Positions 1-10,868 are shown, numbered from the stretch's first letter. The stretch: 64,000 nucleotides of DNA from Bacteroidia bacterium (GCA_965279035.1 OZ257142.1:2688001-2752000), one strand, 5' to 3'. Notes: a model not told the origin generated them from the letters alone. A program made the numbers and translations.

Positions 1-2
1 CA

Positions 3-176
3 GCTAAACGAATACGAAAAACCCATCGTCCAGATTTGCTCATAGCCGCAACAGAACAATTCAGTTTATTGCCTTTGATGGAAGGAAGATCAAACACCGA
101 AACCTTGACTTATTATGTATGTCGCGGAACAGTATGCGATGCACCCGTATTTGATGAATTGGAGTTGAGATTATAA
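3..176 (+). CDS. 3' end of a thioredoxin-domain / YyaL (SSP411)-like protein, partial at the window edge
   Basis: Manual translation of frame 3 gives ...LLPLMEGRSNTETLTYYVCRGTVCDAPVFDELELRL*. The YVCxxxxCxxP tail is typical of YyaL/SSP411 C-termini. Not in the ORF track. Confidence 0.6.
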   Translation, partial: AKRIRKTHRPDLLIAATEQFSLLPLMEGRSNTETLTYYVCRGTVCDAPVFDELELRL

Positions 177-178
177 TT

Positions 179-1822
179 TTATGATGTGCGAATGCGAGCT
201 ATGTGTTCGAGTCCTAATTCTTTGATAGAGACTTCACGCATTTCCACTTTTCGAACTTTACCAGAAATTGTAACTGGGAATTCCTTGGTGAATTTCCAGT
301 AGCGTGGCACTTTATAATGCGCAATTTGTTGATCACAAAAAGCTGCTAATTCCGATTCGGTTAAAGAAGTATGTTCTTTTATTTTCACCCAAGCCATGAC
401 TTCTTCCCCATATTTTTCGCTTGGAACGCCAATCACTTGAACATCGCTAATGGCGGGATGTGTATATAAAAAGTCTTCAATTTCTTTGGGTGAAATATTT
501 TCTCCACCTCGAATGATTACATCTTTAATTCTTCCGGTGATGTTGATATAGCCTTCATCATCCATTGTTGCCATGTCACCAGTATGCATCCAACGTGCAT
601 TGTCGAGCACTTGCAATGTTGATTCGGGATTGTTCCAATATTTAAGCATTACGGAATATCCGCGTGTACACAATTCTCCCGCAACACCTCGATCTACAAT
701 GTGTCCTGTTTCCGGATCAATCACTTTTAATTCTAAATGATCTTGCACAGTACCAACCGTGCTAATTTGTTTTTCGAGTGGAGTACCAATTACTGTTTGA
801 GCGGAAACGGGCGAAGTTTCGGTCATTCCATAACAAATACTCATTTCGCGCATGTGCATCTTGGTTTGCACTTGTTTCATGATTTCGATTGGACAAGGGG
901 AACCAGCCATCACGCCTGTTCGCAATGAACTTAAATTGAAGCGATCAAAATCTGGTAATTGCAATTCGGCGATAAACATCGTAGGCACGCCATAAAGTGA
1001 AGTACATTTTTCTAATTGTATGGCTTCGAGTGTTTTTGCAGGATCAAAACTGGCAGCAGGAATAACCATACATGCACCATGAGATGTGCAACACAAATTT
1101 CCGATAACCATTCCAAAACAATGGTAAAATGGAACTGGAATACATACACGATCGTGCTGCGTGTAGTTCAATCGACGCCCAATAAAATAGCCATTGTTGA
1201 GTAAATTATGATGCGTAAGTGTAACTCCTTTAGGAAATCCTGTTGTACCAGAAGTGTATTGAATATTGACTGGATCGTCGAATTGAATGCTGTTTTCAAT
1301 GGCTGAAATTTGATCATCCTTAATTCCATTTCCACGCTCTAAGAAATCTTGCCAAGCGAGTTCGAAAAAAACGACTTGGTCCAATTGACTGCATTCTGGC
1401 TGCACTTGGCTAATTATTTCTTTGTAATTGCTGCTTTTGAATTGGGTCGCAGCAAAGAGCATTTTCAATCCCGATTGATTGATGACAAAGGCTAATTCAT
1501 GTGAACGATAAGCTGGGTTGATATTGACTAAAATACTTCCAATGCGCGCTGTTGCATATTGCAGTATCACCCATTCGTAACGATTCGGCGCCCACACTCC
1601 TACCCGATCGCCTGGCTGGATGCCCGATGCCACAAGACTTTTAGCAGCTTGAGTGGTTTGAGAATAAAAGGATGAATAGCTTGCGCGATATCCTTGTTCA
1701 ACACATATCAGTGCATCCTGTTGAGGAAAACGAGCAACAGTTCGTTGGAGATTTTGTCCAATCGTTTCACCCAATAAGGGAACATCCGATGGTCCACTAG
1801 AATAGGAAATTGCAGAGCGCAT
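179..1822 (-). CDS. AMP-binding acyl-CoA synthetase (fatty-acid--CoA ligase-like)
   Basis: 547 aa with ANL motifs QYTSGTTGFPKG, YGMTETSP, HTGD, GRIKDVIIRGGENI, SGKV. Confidence 0.92.
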   Translation of the reverse strand: MRSAISYSSGPSDVPLLGETIGQNLQRTVARFPQQDALICVEQGYRASYSSFYSQTTQAAKSLVASGIQPGDRVGVWAPNRYEWVILQYATARIGSILVNINPAYRSHELAFVINQSGLKMLFAATQFKSSNYKEIISQVQPECSQLDQVVFFELAWQDFLERGNGIKDDQISAIENSIQFDDPVNIQYTSGTTGFPKGVTLTHHNLLNNGYFIGRRLNYTQHDRVCIPVPFYHCFGMVIGNLCCTSHGACMVIPAASFDPAKTLEAIQLEKCTSLYGVPTMFIAELQLPDFDRFNLSSLRTGVMAGSPCPIEIMKQVQTKMHMREMSICYGMTETSPVSAQTVIGTPLEKQISTVGTVQDHLELKVIDPETGHIVDRGVAGELCTRGYSVMLKYWNNPESTLQVLDNARWMHTGDMATMDDEGYINITGRIKDVIIRGGENISPKEIEDFLYTHPAISDVQVIGVPSEKYGEEVMAWVKIKEHTSLTESELAAFCDQQIAHYKVPRYWKFTKEFPVTISGKVRKVEMREVSIKELGLEHIARIRTS

Positions 1823-1824
1823 AG

Positions 1825-3516
1825 TTATTTAGAATAAAAGAATTCGTTTGAATGTTGATTTCCACTGGCTCGATGTTGAGCTTCTGAAGCACGTAACTCG
1901 ATACGCCGAATTTTTCCACTGATAGTTTTAGGAAGCTCGGGAACAAATTCAATAATACGAGGCATTTTGTATGGAGCTAAGTTTTTACGTGCAAAGGCAA
2001 AGATTTCATCCGCTAACCCTTTATCAGAAATGTATCCGTTAGCTAAAATGATAAATGCCTTGATCTCATATCCTTTAACTGTATGTGGACTTCCCACAAC
2101 TGCCGATTCTACAACCGATTCGTGTTCAATTAAAACACTTTCCACTTCAAATGGACCAACACGGTAATCAGAAGATTTAATGACATCATCGTCGCGACCG
2201 ACAAACCAGATATAACCATCATTGTCTTTGTAAGCCTTATCACCCGTGTAATACAAACCATGTTTAAACACGTCCTTCAATTTTTCAGGATCTTCGAAAT
2301 AGGAATTAAAAATTCCATTGGGTTTTCCAGTAGTCGTTTTGACGGTGATATTTCCTTCTTCACCGATGGGCAGTTCATTTCCATGTTCATCTGCAATGAC
2401 AATTTCATAGAGAAAAGTTGGTTTTCCCATGCTTCCATATTTCAGCACATTGCCCGGAAGGTTTGCAATCATACAGGTGCTTTCGGTTTGACCATATCCA
2501 TCACGAATGATGAGTCCAGTACCACGTTTCCAAGTTTCGATAATTTCGGGATTGAGTGGTTCGCCCGCTGCTACACATTGACGAAAGCTGAATTGATACT
2601 TGTTAAGATCTTCTTGAATGAGTAATCGCAGAACCGTTGGTGGAGCGCAGAAAGTGGTGATTTTATGATCTTGAATGAGTTGTAATTGTTCTGCAGCTTG
2701 AAATCTTCCCGCTTGATGAAAAGCAAAAATGGTAGCACCAACATTCCAAGGAGCAAAGAAACTGCTCCACGCAAATTTCGCCCAACCCGGTTGAGAAATA
2801 TTATAATGAATATCTCCTTTTCGAAGACCAATCCACGATGCAGTAGATAAATGACCGAGTGGATAACTCATATGTGTGTGAATAACCACTTTGGGCATAC
2901 CAGTCGTTCCTGAGGTGAAGAATAGAAAAAGCGGATCGTCGGGAGCAGTAATGGCAGCCTCGGCTTCAATTGAGTGCTTATAGATTTCATCGATGCTGAT
3001 CCAACCATCGCGTGTTCCATCGACCAGTAATTTCAGCGGGATGGTTTTGCCTGATAGGATTTCTGCCTCATCCATTTTAGGAGCATTTTCCAAATCAGAA
3101 ATAACAAGCGAAGGCATTAAACGACCAAAACGGTAAACTAAATCGTGAACACCTAAAATAGTTGCAGCTGGAATGAGTCGAAATCCACCTTTTATTCCAG
3201 TTAGAATCGTCAACCAATTCATCGGCAATAAAGCCATTTGAAATAAAATAATATCCTGTTGTTTCAATCCATTTGTACGCAAAAAATTGAGAAAGCAATT
3301 GGTTTCCTTTCTCAGTTGATCGAAGGAAAAGGATTGGGTAATATTTCCATTGGTCCAAATGAGTGCTTTTTCATTGGGCATTTCTTGTACGTTTAATGCT
3401 TCAAACACATCGCGCACCCAATTAAATTGCAGGGGTTTTTCAATAGAAATTTCGTTTAATCGATCAAATTGTTCATCTAAAATGCGGGCACGAACCTTCT
3501 GAAAAATAGATTTCAT
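1825..3516 (-). CDS. Medium/short-chain acyl-CoA synthetase (MACS-like)
   Basis: 563 aa with FFTSGTTGMPK, GWAK, GYGQTE, YYTGD, GRDDDVIKSSDYRVGPFEVES, PKTISGKIRR. Stop is 2 bp upstream of the next synthetase (likely operon). Confidence 0.92.
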   Translation of the reverse strand: MKSIFQKVRARILDEQFDRLNEISIEKPLQFNWVRDVFEALNVQEMPNEKALIWTNGNITQSFSFDQLRKETNCFLNFLRTNGLKQQDIILFQMALLPMNWLTILTGIKGGFRLIPAATILGVHDLVYRFGRLMPSLVISDLENAPKMDEAEILSGKTIPLKLLVDGTRDGWISIDEIYKHSIEAEAAITAPDDPLFLFFTSGTTGMPKVVIHTHMSYPLGHLSTASWIGLRKGDIHYNISQPGWAKFAWSSFFAPWNVGATIFAFHQAGRFQAAEQLQLIQDHKITTFCAPPTVLRLLIQEDLNKYQFSFRQCVAAGEPLNPEIIETWKRGTGLIIRDGYGQTESTCMIANLPGNVLKYGSMGKPTFLYEIVIADEHGNELPIGEEGNITVKTTTGKPNGIFNSYFEDPEKLKDVFKHGLYYTGDKAYKDNDGYIWFVGRDDDVIKSSDYRVGPFEVESVLIEHESVVESAVVGSPHTVKGYEIKAFIILANGYISDKGLADEIFAFARKNLAPYKMPRIIEFVPELPKTISGKIRRIELRASEAQHRASGNQHSNEFFYSK

Positions 3517-5214
3517 AATTATTTATTGATAGAGCAATATCGTGTTATGAAATGATGAAAAATAGAATTTAAATCATGAAATGGGAATTATGTAAAAATT
3601 CAATTTTCCTTTATTTGATTAGATTTTAAAAATTAACATGGATTGAATTCCTTAACATTTAACTAAAAAATGATTGATCGATATTCATTTCGATTTAATC
3701 TGAAAGATGCATTCTCTTTCCTATATTTCCCTATTAGTAATAACAAGATAATTAGTATGGAAACTTCCGATAGTAATGCTTTTTGGCAATTCGATTCTAC
3801 TTATTGGTTTGGTAAATTGAATAGTCAAAATAGTGGTTTATCGCTAGAAGTTATAGCAGAAAGGCAATCGCAAATTCATCAAAGAAAGATCACATCTCCT
3901 TTTATTAAAGGGCTGCTTTTGTTTTTGGGACAATTTAAAAGTCCATTGATGTTGATGCTTTTGGGAGCTGTTCTTTTATCAGCATTTTTGGGTGATACTT
4001 CTGATGTATTTATTATACTCTTTATTGTTATTTCAACGGGTTTGATTAGTTTTTTTCAAGAGCGAAATGCTGGAAAAGTAGTTGAAAAATTACAATCAAT
4101 GATTGCCTTAAAATGCACTGTATTACGCAATGGGAAAGAAGAGCAAATTATTTCATCTCACATATTACCTGGTGATATTTTACTTATTAAAGCAGGAGAT
4201 ATTCTACCTGCCGATTGTTTAATAATAGAAGGAAACGAAGTTCAGGCGAATGAATCAAGTTTAACGGGTGAATCGTTTCCAGTCAGAAAATTACCAGGAG
4301 CTCTTCCTGTCGAAACACCATTAGCTAAACGAAGTAATTCCTTATGGGAAGGATCTAGTATTGTGAGTGGAAATGCCAAAGCATTGGTTATAAACACTGG
4401 GGCTGATAGTTTATTTGGAAGTATAACAAAAAGTGCAGAAACTACTATTGAAACTTCGTTTGAAAAAGGCATTCGTGATTTCGGATATTTTTTAATGAAG
4501 ATTACGCTGGCATTGTCGGTGTTTATTTTGACAGTGAATTTACTCAATCATAAAAGTGTAATTGATTCTGCATTATTTGCTTTAGCCTTAGCAGTAGGAA
4601 TGGCACCCGAATTATTGCCAGCAATAACAACTATTGCTATGAGTGCTGGCTCGAAACGGATGTTAGCCAAAAAGGTGATAGTAAAAAAGCTCACATCCAT
4701 TCAGAATTTAGGTGAAGTAAATTTACTCTGCACCGATAAAACGGGAACGATAACAGAAGGAATAATTAAAGTGTTTGGATTGCATGATGGAGAAGGAAAG
4801 GAAAGTGAATTTTTAAAAGAACTAGCTTATTGGAATTCAAGTTTAGAATCGGGATATTCAAATCCCATTGATGATGCACTGAAGGAATTACATATTGAAA
4901 ATACAGTTCAAATAAAAAAGTTAGGAGAAGTTCCTTATGATTTTATTCGCAAAAGATTAAGCATTGCATTACAAAAAGAACAAGATAAATTGCTTATTTC
5001 TAAAGGATCCTATCAAACGATTCTTCCTATTTGTAATCAAGCACGAATGAGTGATGGAAGCATTGTGGCGATTGATGTTCTTAAGAATTCGCTCGATTCT
5101 CAATTTATTGACTATGGAAATAAAGGATTAAGAGCCATAGGTATTTGTTATCACACCCGTCCAAGACGTTTTAAAATAGGGTAAAAAAATAGAGTTGGTC
5201 CGGATTAAATCCGG

Positions 5215-5222
5215 TATGTTTG
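5215..5222 (+). promoter_or_regulatory. Candidate transposase promoter -7 element (present in all four IS copies)
   Basis: TATGTTTG exactly matches the Bacteroidetes TAnnTTTG consensus and ends 33 nt before the transposase ATG. Confidence 0.55.
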
Positions 5223-5255
5223 AGTTACGACACAAAAACATAAACCAACTCCGGC

Positions 5256-6422
5256 ATGAAGATCACATTATTTGCTCAGATATTCCAAAAAATTAAGCGA
5301 GATTCTTTCAATAAACTAGTAGAAAAGTTTGAGTCCAATAAACATTGTAAAGGCAATGATGCTTGGTCTCACTTTGTGACAATGGTTTTTTGCCAGTTTT
5401 CCAAGTCTAATAGCTTAAATGACGTTTGCAATGGAATGCGATCAGCAACAGGCGATTTAAATCATCTGGGAGTGTCAAAAGCCATGAGGCGATCATCGTT
5501 GGCATATAATAACCAACATCGCAACTGGGAGCTGTTTCAAGCGATGTATTTTAACTTGTATGAGCAGTTTGAATCAACCTTAAAAACAAGCCGAAAGCTG
5601 CTTCCCAAACGTAAAATCTATCTGCTCGATTCAACCACGATTGACCTTTGTCTTAAAGTGTTCGACTGGGCACTATTTCGAAAGAAGAAGGGAGCTATAA
5701 AACTTCACACAGTCCTTGACTTTGACGGCTGTATGCCCGTTTTTGCTGATTTGAGTGATGGCAAAAAGCACGATGTAAATGCAGCACATGATATTGAATT
5801 TCCCACAGGAAGCATTGTTGTAGCTGATAGAGGATATGTCGATTTTAACTGGATGAGAAAATTAGATGAACAAGGAGTATTCTTTGTTATTCGAGGAAAA
5901 GAAAACATTCAGTTTGAACTTTATGAGCGAACTAAGAGCCCAACCGATGAAGCAAATCCAGACTTGCAATACGACTGGAAAGGCTTTTTGAGTTTACCTC
6001 AATCAAAAGAAAAATACCCGCAAAAGCTCCGAATGGTTCAGATCTGGGATGAAGAACAACAGATATATCTTGAACTTCTTACAAACAATTTTTCTTGGAC
6101 AGCATCGACCATTTCAGAACTATATAAACGTAGATGGAGCATCGAATCGTTCTTCAAGGAGATCAAAACACACCTGAAAATCAAGTCTTTCATAGGAACC
6201 AGCATGAATGCTGTTCTGATACAGATTTGGACAGCACTAATCACCATACTGCTTTTAAAGACACTTCAAAAGGAAGCAAAACACTCTTGGCACCTCTCAA
6301 ATTTGGTGTCCTTTATTCGATTAAATCTCTTTGTGAAAATTGACCTCAAAAAATGGCTTGATAAACCCTTTTTAGATGATGACGAAATTGATAAACTGGA
6401 ATTACAAATGTCCCTTTTTTAA
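5256..6422 (+). CDS. IS4-family DDE transposase (DUF4372-like N-terminus)
   Basis: 388 aa with LDST, ADRGY and the IS4 Y-(2)-R-(3)-E-(6)-K signature LYKRRWSIESFFKEIK. Confidence 0.95.
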   Translation: MKITLFAQIFQKIKRDSFNKLVEKFESNKHCKGNDAWSHFVTMVFCQFSKSNSLNDVCNGMRSATGDLNHLGVSKAMRRSSLAYNNQHRNWELFQAMYFNLYEQFESTLKTSRKLLPKRKIYLLDSTTIDLCLKVFDWALFRKKKGAIKLHTVLDFDGCMPVFADLSDGKKHDVNAAHDIEFPTGSIVVADRGYVDFNWMRKLDEQGVFFVIRGKENIQFELYERTKSPTDEANPDLQYDWKGFLSLPQSKEKYPQKLRMVQIWDEEQQIYLELLTNNFSWTASTISELYKRRWSIESFFKEIKTHLKIKSFIGTSMNAVLIQIWTALITILLLKTLQKEAKHSWHLSNLVSFIRLNLFVKIDLKKWLDKPFLDDDEIDKLELQMSLF

Positions 6423-7653
6423 ATTATAGAGGGTTTAATTTTCAAAAGAGCGTTCTTTGATGAGTAATCTCGCATCAAATCAGGATTGTATTTTCGTTAT
6501 ACAAACGTCTTGGACGGGTGTGATTTGTTATAAATCAATTACAAAAGAAAGTGTAGATAAAGACGATGAAAATGAAATGATATTTGCAGGTTTTGTTCTT
6601 CTGCAAGATCCTATCAAGACTGGAATAATTGAAACAATTGATGCGCTAAAACAACTCAAAGTTGGACTAAAAATTATTACTGGAGATAATCAACATGTTG
6701 CACGTTCGATTGCATTAAGTATAGGTATTGAAAATCCCAATATAATTACAGGAGCAGAATTGCTTTCTTTAAGTGCTGATGAATTAACACTGCGAGTAAA
6801 GCTGGTCCATATTTTTGCTGAAGTAGAACCACAACAAAAAGAACTTATAATTCAATCTCTTCGACATTCTTATACAGTTGCCTATATAGGTGATGGTATT
6901 AATGATGTTTCAGCATTGAATGCTGCAGATGTAGGAATATCGGTTGAAAATGCAGTAGATGTTGCGAAAGAAGCGGCCGATTTTGTGCTCATGGAAAAGG
7001 AATTAATTGTATTAACCGATGGCATTAAAGAAGGACGAAAAACTTTTGCTAACACACTTAAATATATATACATCAGTACGGGATCTACCTTTGGAAATAT
7101 GTGCAGTGTGGCAGTTGCATCACTTATATTGCCTTTTCTTCCAATGCTTCCAAAGCAAATATTACTCACGAATTTCTTGACTGATTTTCCCTATTTAACT
7201 GTAGCTTCTGATAATGTAGATGAAGAGCAATTAGAAAAACCCGGTAAATGGAATTTCAGGATTATTCGAAATTATATGATTGTTTTTGGAATTCACAGTT
7301 CATTGTTTGATATCATAACCTTCCTCACTTTATTATTCCTATTAAAAGCACAGGAATCATATTTTCAAACAAGTTGGTTTATTGAATCGGTTTTATCAGA
7401 ACTCTTTATTCTTTTTATTATCCGTACACACAAGAATTTCTTCAAAAGTAAACCAGCAAAATATATGGTCGCCATGAGTGCTTTAGGTTTAAGTATTACA
7501 CTTGGACTTCCTTATATGCCTTTTTCTCAGGAATTCGGCTTAGTTCCGCTCCCAATGCTTAACCTAGGTGTAATGCTTAGTATTGTTGCAGCTTATATAT
7601 TCACTGCCGATTTATTAAAAGTTTGGTTTTTCAAACGTTTAAATCGTGTATAA

Positions 7654-9567
7654 TTAAATCGCTTGCAACGTAAAATGATAGGTCATTCCATGTCCATATT
7701 CAGATGTCGCATGAATATGTCCACGGTTTTTCTGTACTACTTCATTCACAAGTAAATGTGATAAACCACTTGCAATTTGGTTCGATGCCGTTTGACTAAA
7801 AATGCGTTTCTCATCAAAAAGAGAAGCTATTTCATCGCTTGAAAGTTCTTTTCCAGTTTGTTGCACACGCACTTCCACATGACCGTTTATTCTAGTAGCA
7901 TCTACTTTAATGGTTGCACCTGGTTTTGAATTTTTAATTGAATCTAATACCAGATTTCGAATACTCATTAGTATCAATTGAGGATCGGCATATACAACTT
8001 GCGTTTCAGGAAGATCGTTAATGAGTTGAATTGATTTTCCTTTCGCAAGAGATTCTAATAAATAGAGTTCATCTGAAAGACATATCCTTAAGTTAACTAT
8101 TTCAAAACCTGCCTGGATTCGATGCGTTGTTTTATTGGACCAAAAAAGCAAATTATCAATTACCTGATTTGTCAGCTGAAGATCTGCAACAACAGTAGCA
8201 CAGGTTTCATACAAACGTTTTGCACTTTCGGGATGATGCATGAGTGTTTCTAATCGACGTATGGATTCGTCAATCGGATTTCGAATATCCGAATTCAACA
8301 AATTCAATAAACGAGAATTCATTTCATTGGTTTGAAGCAATTGTTTTTGCTGCAATTCAATTTGTTCAACATGCTCTTTAAGCTGAAGAGTCTGATTTGC
8401 TAAAGCTTGTTTGTTAATGGTATGTCGCGTATTTAAATAATATAAAAATCCTGAACCGATGAGCAATAAAACGAGTGCGATGAATAAGCCAATTTGCATA
8501 CGCGACATCACCGATATAGTAGATGACTTTTCGAATAATTCACGGTTTTTTTGCTCAATTTCGTTCATGGTACGTTGTTGAGTGTTTTGTAGTGTCACCG
8601 ATGATAAGTATAATCGTTCATTCAGATCGTTGAACTCTTTCTGAATTTTGAGAGACTGAACTAAGTCACCTTTCTTTTCAAACATAGATGCTTCAAGCGC
8701 ATATACATTTTTTAGTTCTTCTCTATAATGTCGTTTCTCTGCAATACCGCGAGCTTCTTGCAATCGCACCATTGCTTCTTCATTTTTACCTTGAATAGTA
8801 TCAATACAAGCCAGCCCATGTTGGTTTTCTACAATTCCAAAACGATTATCCGAATTTCGCGAAATGATTAAGGCTTTTTCGTAATAATTACGTGCAATTG
8901 CAAGTTTATTTTCCAATCGTTTTATTTCTCCTAGATTGGTGTAGTTATTTGCAATTTCAATTGAATCATTCCGCTTATTGGCAATGTATAATGAGCGTTC
9001 GTAATAGCGTTCTGCCAATTCGTAATTGCGTTGATGCCTGTAAATATCTCCAATATGATTGTAGATCAAACCAGTTTCTTTTTCATAATTCCATTTGTTT
9101 GCGATTTTTTCGGCTGCATTAAATTGAATTAATGCTTGAGCATATTTCTTTTCTTTTCGATAAACATTCCCTTGACCTATGATTGCTTGCGTTATACCTC
9201 TGCCATTCTTAAGTTTAAGGTAAATCGAAAGTGATTTTGAAAATAGATCTTCAGCTAAATTATAATCCCCTTGAAGAAAATAAAATTTACCCATCTGAAT
9301 AAGAGCTGCAGCAGCAGACTCATTATCGCGATGATCCATCGCAAGTGCATATTCTCGAGTTGATTTCTCAATTCCTACAAGTGGATCGATTGTATAGGGA
9401 TCATTTTCCACATGCTGAGGCGAAGCAAGCATAGCGATATGCATGATAGAAAACGATATCAAGAAAAAGAGTTGAATGTAAGCCAAGCGGACATTCTTCT
9501 CCCTTGTTACTTTTTTACAAGAGAAAATAGTAGTAAAAAAAGTCCTGAATATCATTCGGCAATTCAC
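7654..9567 (-). CDS. TPR-repeat membrane sensor histidine kinase-like protein with degenerate catalytic boxes
   Basis: N-terminal hydrophobic segment, TPR repeats, TM helix (IGLFIALVLLLIGSGFLYYL), coiled coil, HisKA/HATPase-like tail (..DNLLFWS.., ..HATSEYGHGMTYHFTL). Start codon uncertain. Confidence 0.8.
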   Translation of the reverse strand: MNCRMIFRTFFTTIFSCKKVTREKNVRLAYIQLFFLISFSIMHIAMLASPQHVENDPYTIDPLVGIEKSTREYALAMDHRDNESAAAALIQMGKFYFLQGDYNLAEDLFSKSLSIYLKLKNGRGITQAIIGQGNVYRKEKKYAQALIQFNAAEKIANKWNYEKETGLIYNHIGDIYRHQRNYELAERYYERSLYIANKRNDSIEIANNYTNLGEIKRLENKLAIARNYYEKALIISRNSDNRFGIVENQHGLACIDTIQGKNEEAMVRLQEARGIAEKRHYREELKNVYALEASMFEKKGDLVQSLKIQKEFNDLNERLYLSSVTLQNTQQRTMNEIEQKNRELFEKSSTISVMSRMQIGLFIALVLLLIGSGFLYYLNTRHTINKQALANQTLQLKEHVEQIELQQKQLLQTNEMNSRLLNLLNSDIRNPIDESIRRLETLMHHPESAKRLYETCATVVADLQLTNQVIDNLLFWSNKTTHRIQAGFEIVNLRICLSDELYLLESLAKGKSIQLINDLPETQVVYADPQLILMSIRNLVLDSIKNSKPGATIKVDATRINGHVEVRVQQTGKELSSDEIASLFDEKRIFSQTASNQIASGLSHLLVNEVVQKNRGHIHATSEYGHGMTYHFTLQAI

Positions 9568-9764
9568 AGCTATTCATACCCTGTTTAAGCCTTGATTGTT
9601 TCCTTATTTACTAGTAAAATCAAGGTATTAGCCCCTAGAATGTAAGGTTGAATTTAAAATAGGATAAGAATTAGAATAGATACACAACAATTCAATGAAT
9701 TGCCCTTTATTTAAAGCATTAATCGATTAGGTTTTGGTGTAATTAATTTTACAATTTTGTAGGA

Positions 9765-10829
9765 ATGTATCGTATTCTATTTTCTCTATTCAGCTTCTTC
9801 CCTTTAATACTCAATGCTCAATCGCTTGAAATGAGAGCCGATAGCTTCCGAAAGGCTTTTCAAATTCCGGAATTAGCATTTGCAGTTATCTCATCCGATT
9901 CGGTTATCTATTCGTATGTTGGAGGAACACCAGTGTGGGAAAGCGGCAGAATTGCTCATCAAAATGATTGCTTTCATTTAGGATCGAACACCAAAGCCAT
10001 TACAGCATTCATTGCTGCCGATTTAGTAAAGCAAGGTAAACTTCAATGGCAAACCTGCTTCTTCGACTTATTTCCCGAATTATCATCCACAAGCAAAAAA
10101 GAATATCAAAAAATCACGCTTGAAATGCTCCTAACATTTCGAGGAAAAGTACCACCCTATACCTATACATTCGATCAACCAAATCCCATAGATATAAAAG
10201 GGAAATACAACCAACAACGATATTTAGTTGCACAGTATTTTCTGAAACAGCCCGCTATGAAAACAGAAAAAGGTTTAACCAGATCGAATGTCGATTAAAT
10301 TCTCGCTGGTCTCATGCTCGAACGTGCAAGTGGGAAATCGTATGAAGAATTATTAAACGATTTAGGAAATAGAATGCATATTCATTTTGGAATAAATCCA
10401 CCTGTGATTAGTGATTCCACACAAGTTCAAGGACATGATGAAAATAATCGACCTGCTCTTTTAAGTAATTTAACGAAATTAAATTGGTTGTTATGTGCTG
10501 GAAATGTGCACATGAATTTACCCGATTATCAAATATTTATTCAAGAAGAATTAAAAGCATTAAAAGGAAATTCCTCCTTTTTTAGTGAAAACGAAATGAA
10601 TAAAATGCTTTTTGGATATCCTGAATTTTCGATGGGTTGGTTTAATTCAGAAGATGAAAATTTTCACATTGCTCACAATGCAGGAAATGCAGCTAGTTTT
10701 CGTTCTGATGTGCGGATTATTAAAGAAAAAGACCTGGCTATTATTGTATTAATGAATGCTTCGGGTGAAAAAAAATGTCAAGGAATGCAGCTCTTTCTAG
10801 ATGAAATCATTCACACCTATTTAAAATAA
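9765..10829 (+). pseudogene. Serine hydrolase (beta-lactamase/AmpC-like family) with one in-frame nonsense codon
   Basis: Signal peptide and FHLGSNTK (SxxK). ORFs 9765-10298 and 10314-10829 are in frame, separated only by TAA 10296-10298 in SNVD*ILAGLMLE, where the family has Tyr. Read-through gives 354 aa. Confidence 0.8.
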
Positions 10830-10860
10830 AAAATCCCGAAACGTTTATTCATTTCGGGAT
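10828..10860 (-). terminator. Intrinsic terminator between convergent genes
   Basis: Stem ATCCCGAAA (10833-10841) / TTTCGGGAT (10852-10860). The adjacent A-run gives a U-tail for the minus-strand beta-barrel gene. Confidence 0.65.
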
Positions 10861-10868
10861 GCTGTTTT

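Larger units (their letters stand above)
5152..6522 (+). mobile_element. IS4-family insertion sequence, copy 1 (1,371 bp)
   Basis: 20-bp perfect terminal inverted repeats CACACCCGTCCAAGACGTTT. 9-bp TSD ATTTGTTAT at 5143-5151 and 6523-6531. Confidence 0.96.
3757..7653 (+). pseudogene. mgtA: Mg2+-translocating P-type ATPase interrupted by an IS4 copy
   Basis: N-half has TGES, PELLP, DKTGT. C-half has TGDN, GDGINDV, STGSTFGNMCS, QILLTN. Removing 5152-6522 plus one TSD restores ...RAIGICY|KSITKES..., an 838-aa frame from ATG 3757. Confidence 0.88.

Noticed and set aside
5705-6343. Small ORFs inside the IS (67-69 aa, repeated in every copy)
   Set aside because: They are antisense or off-frame shadows of the transposase, recurring only because the copies are identical. 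No recognisable motifs.
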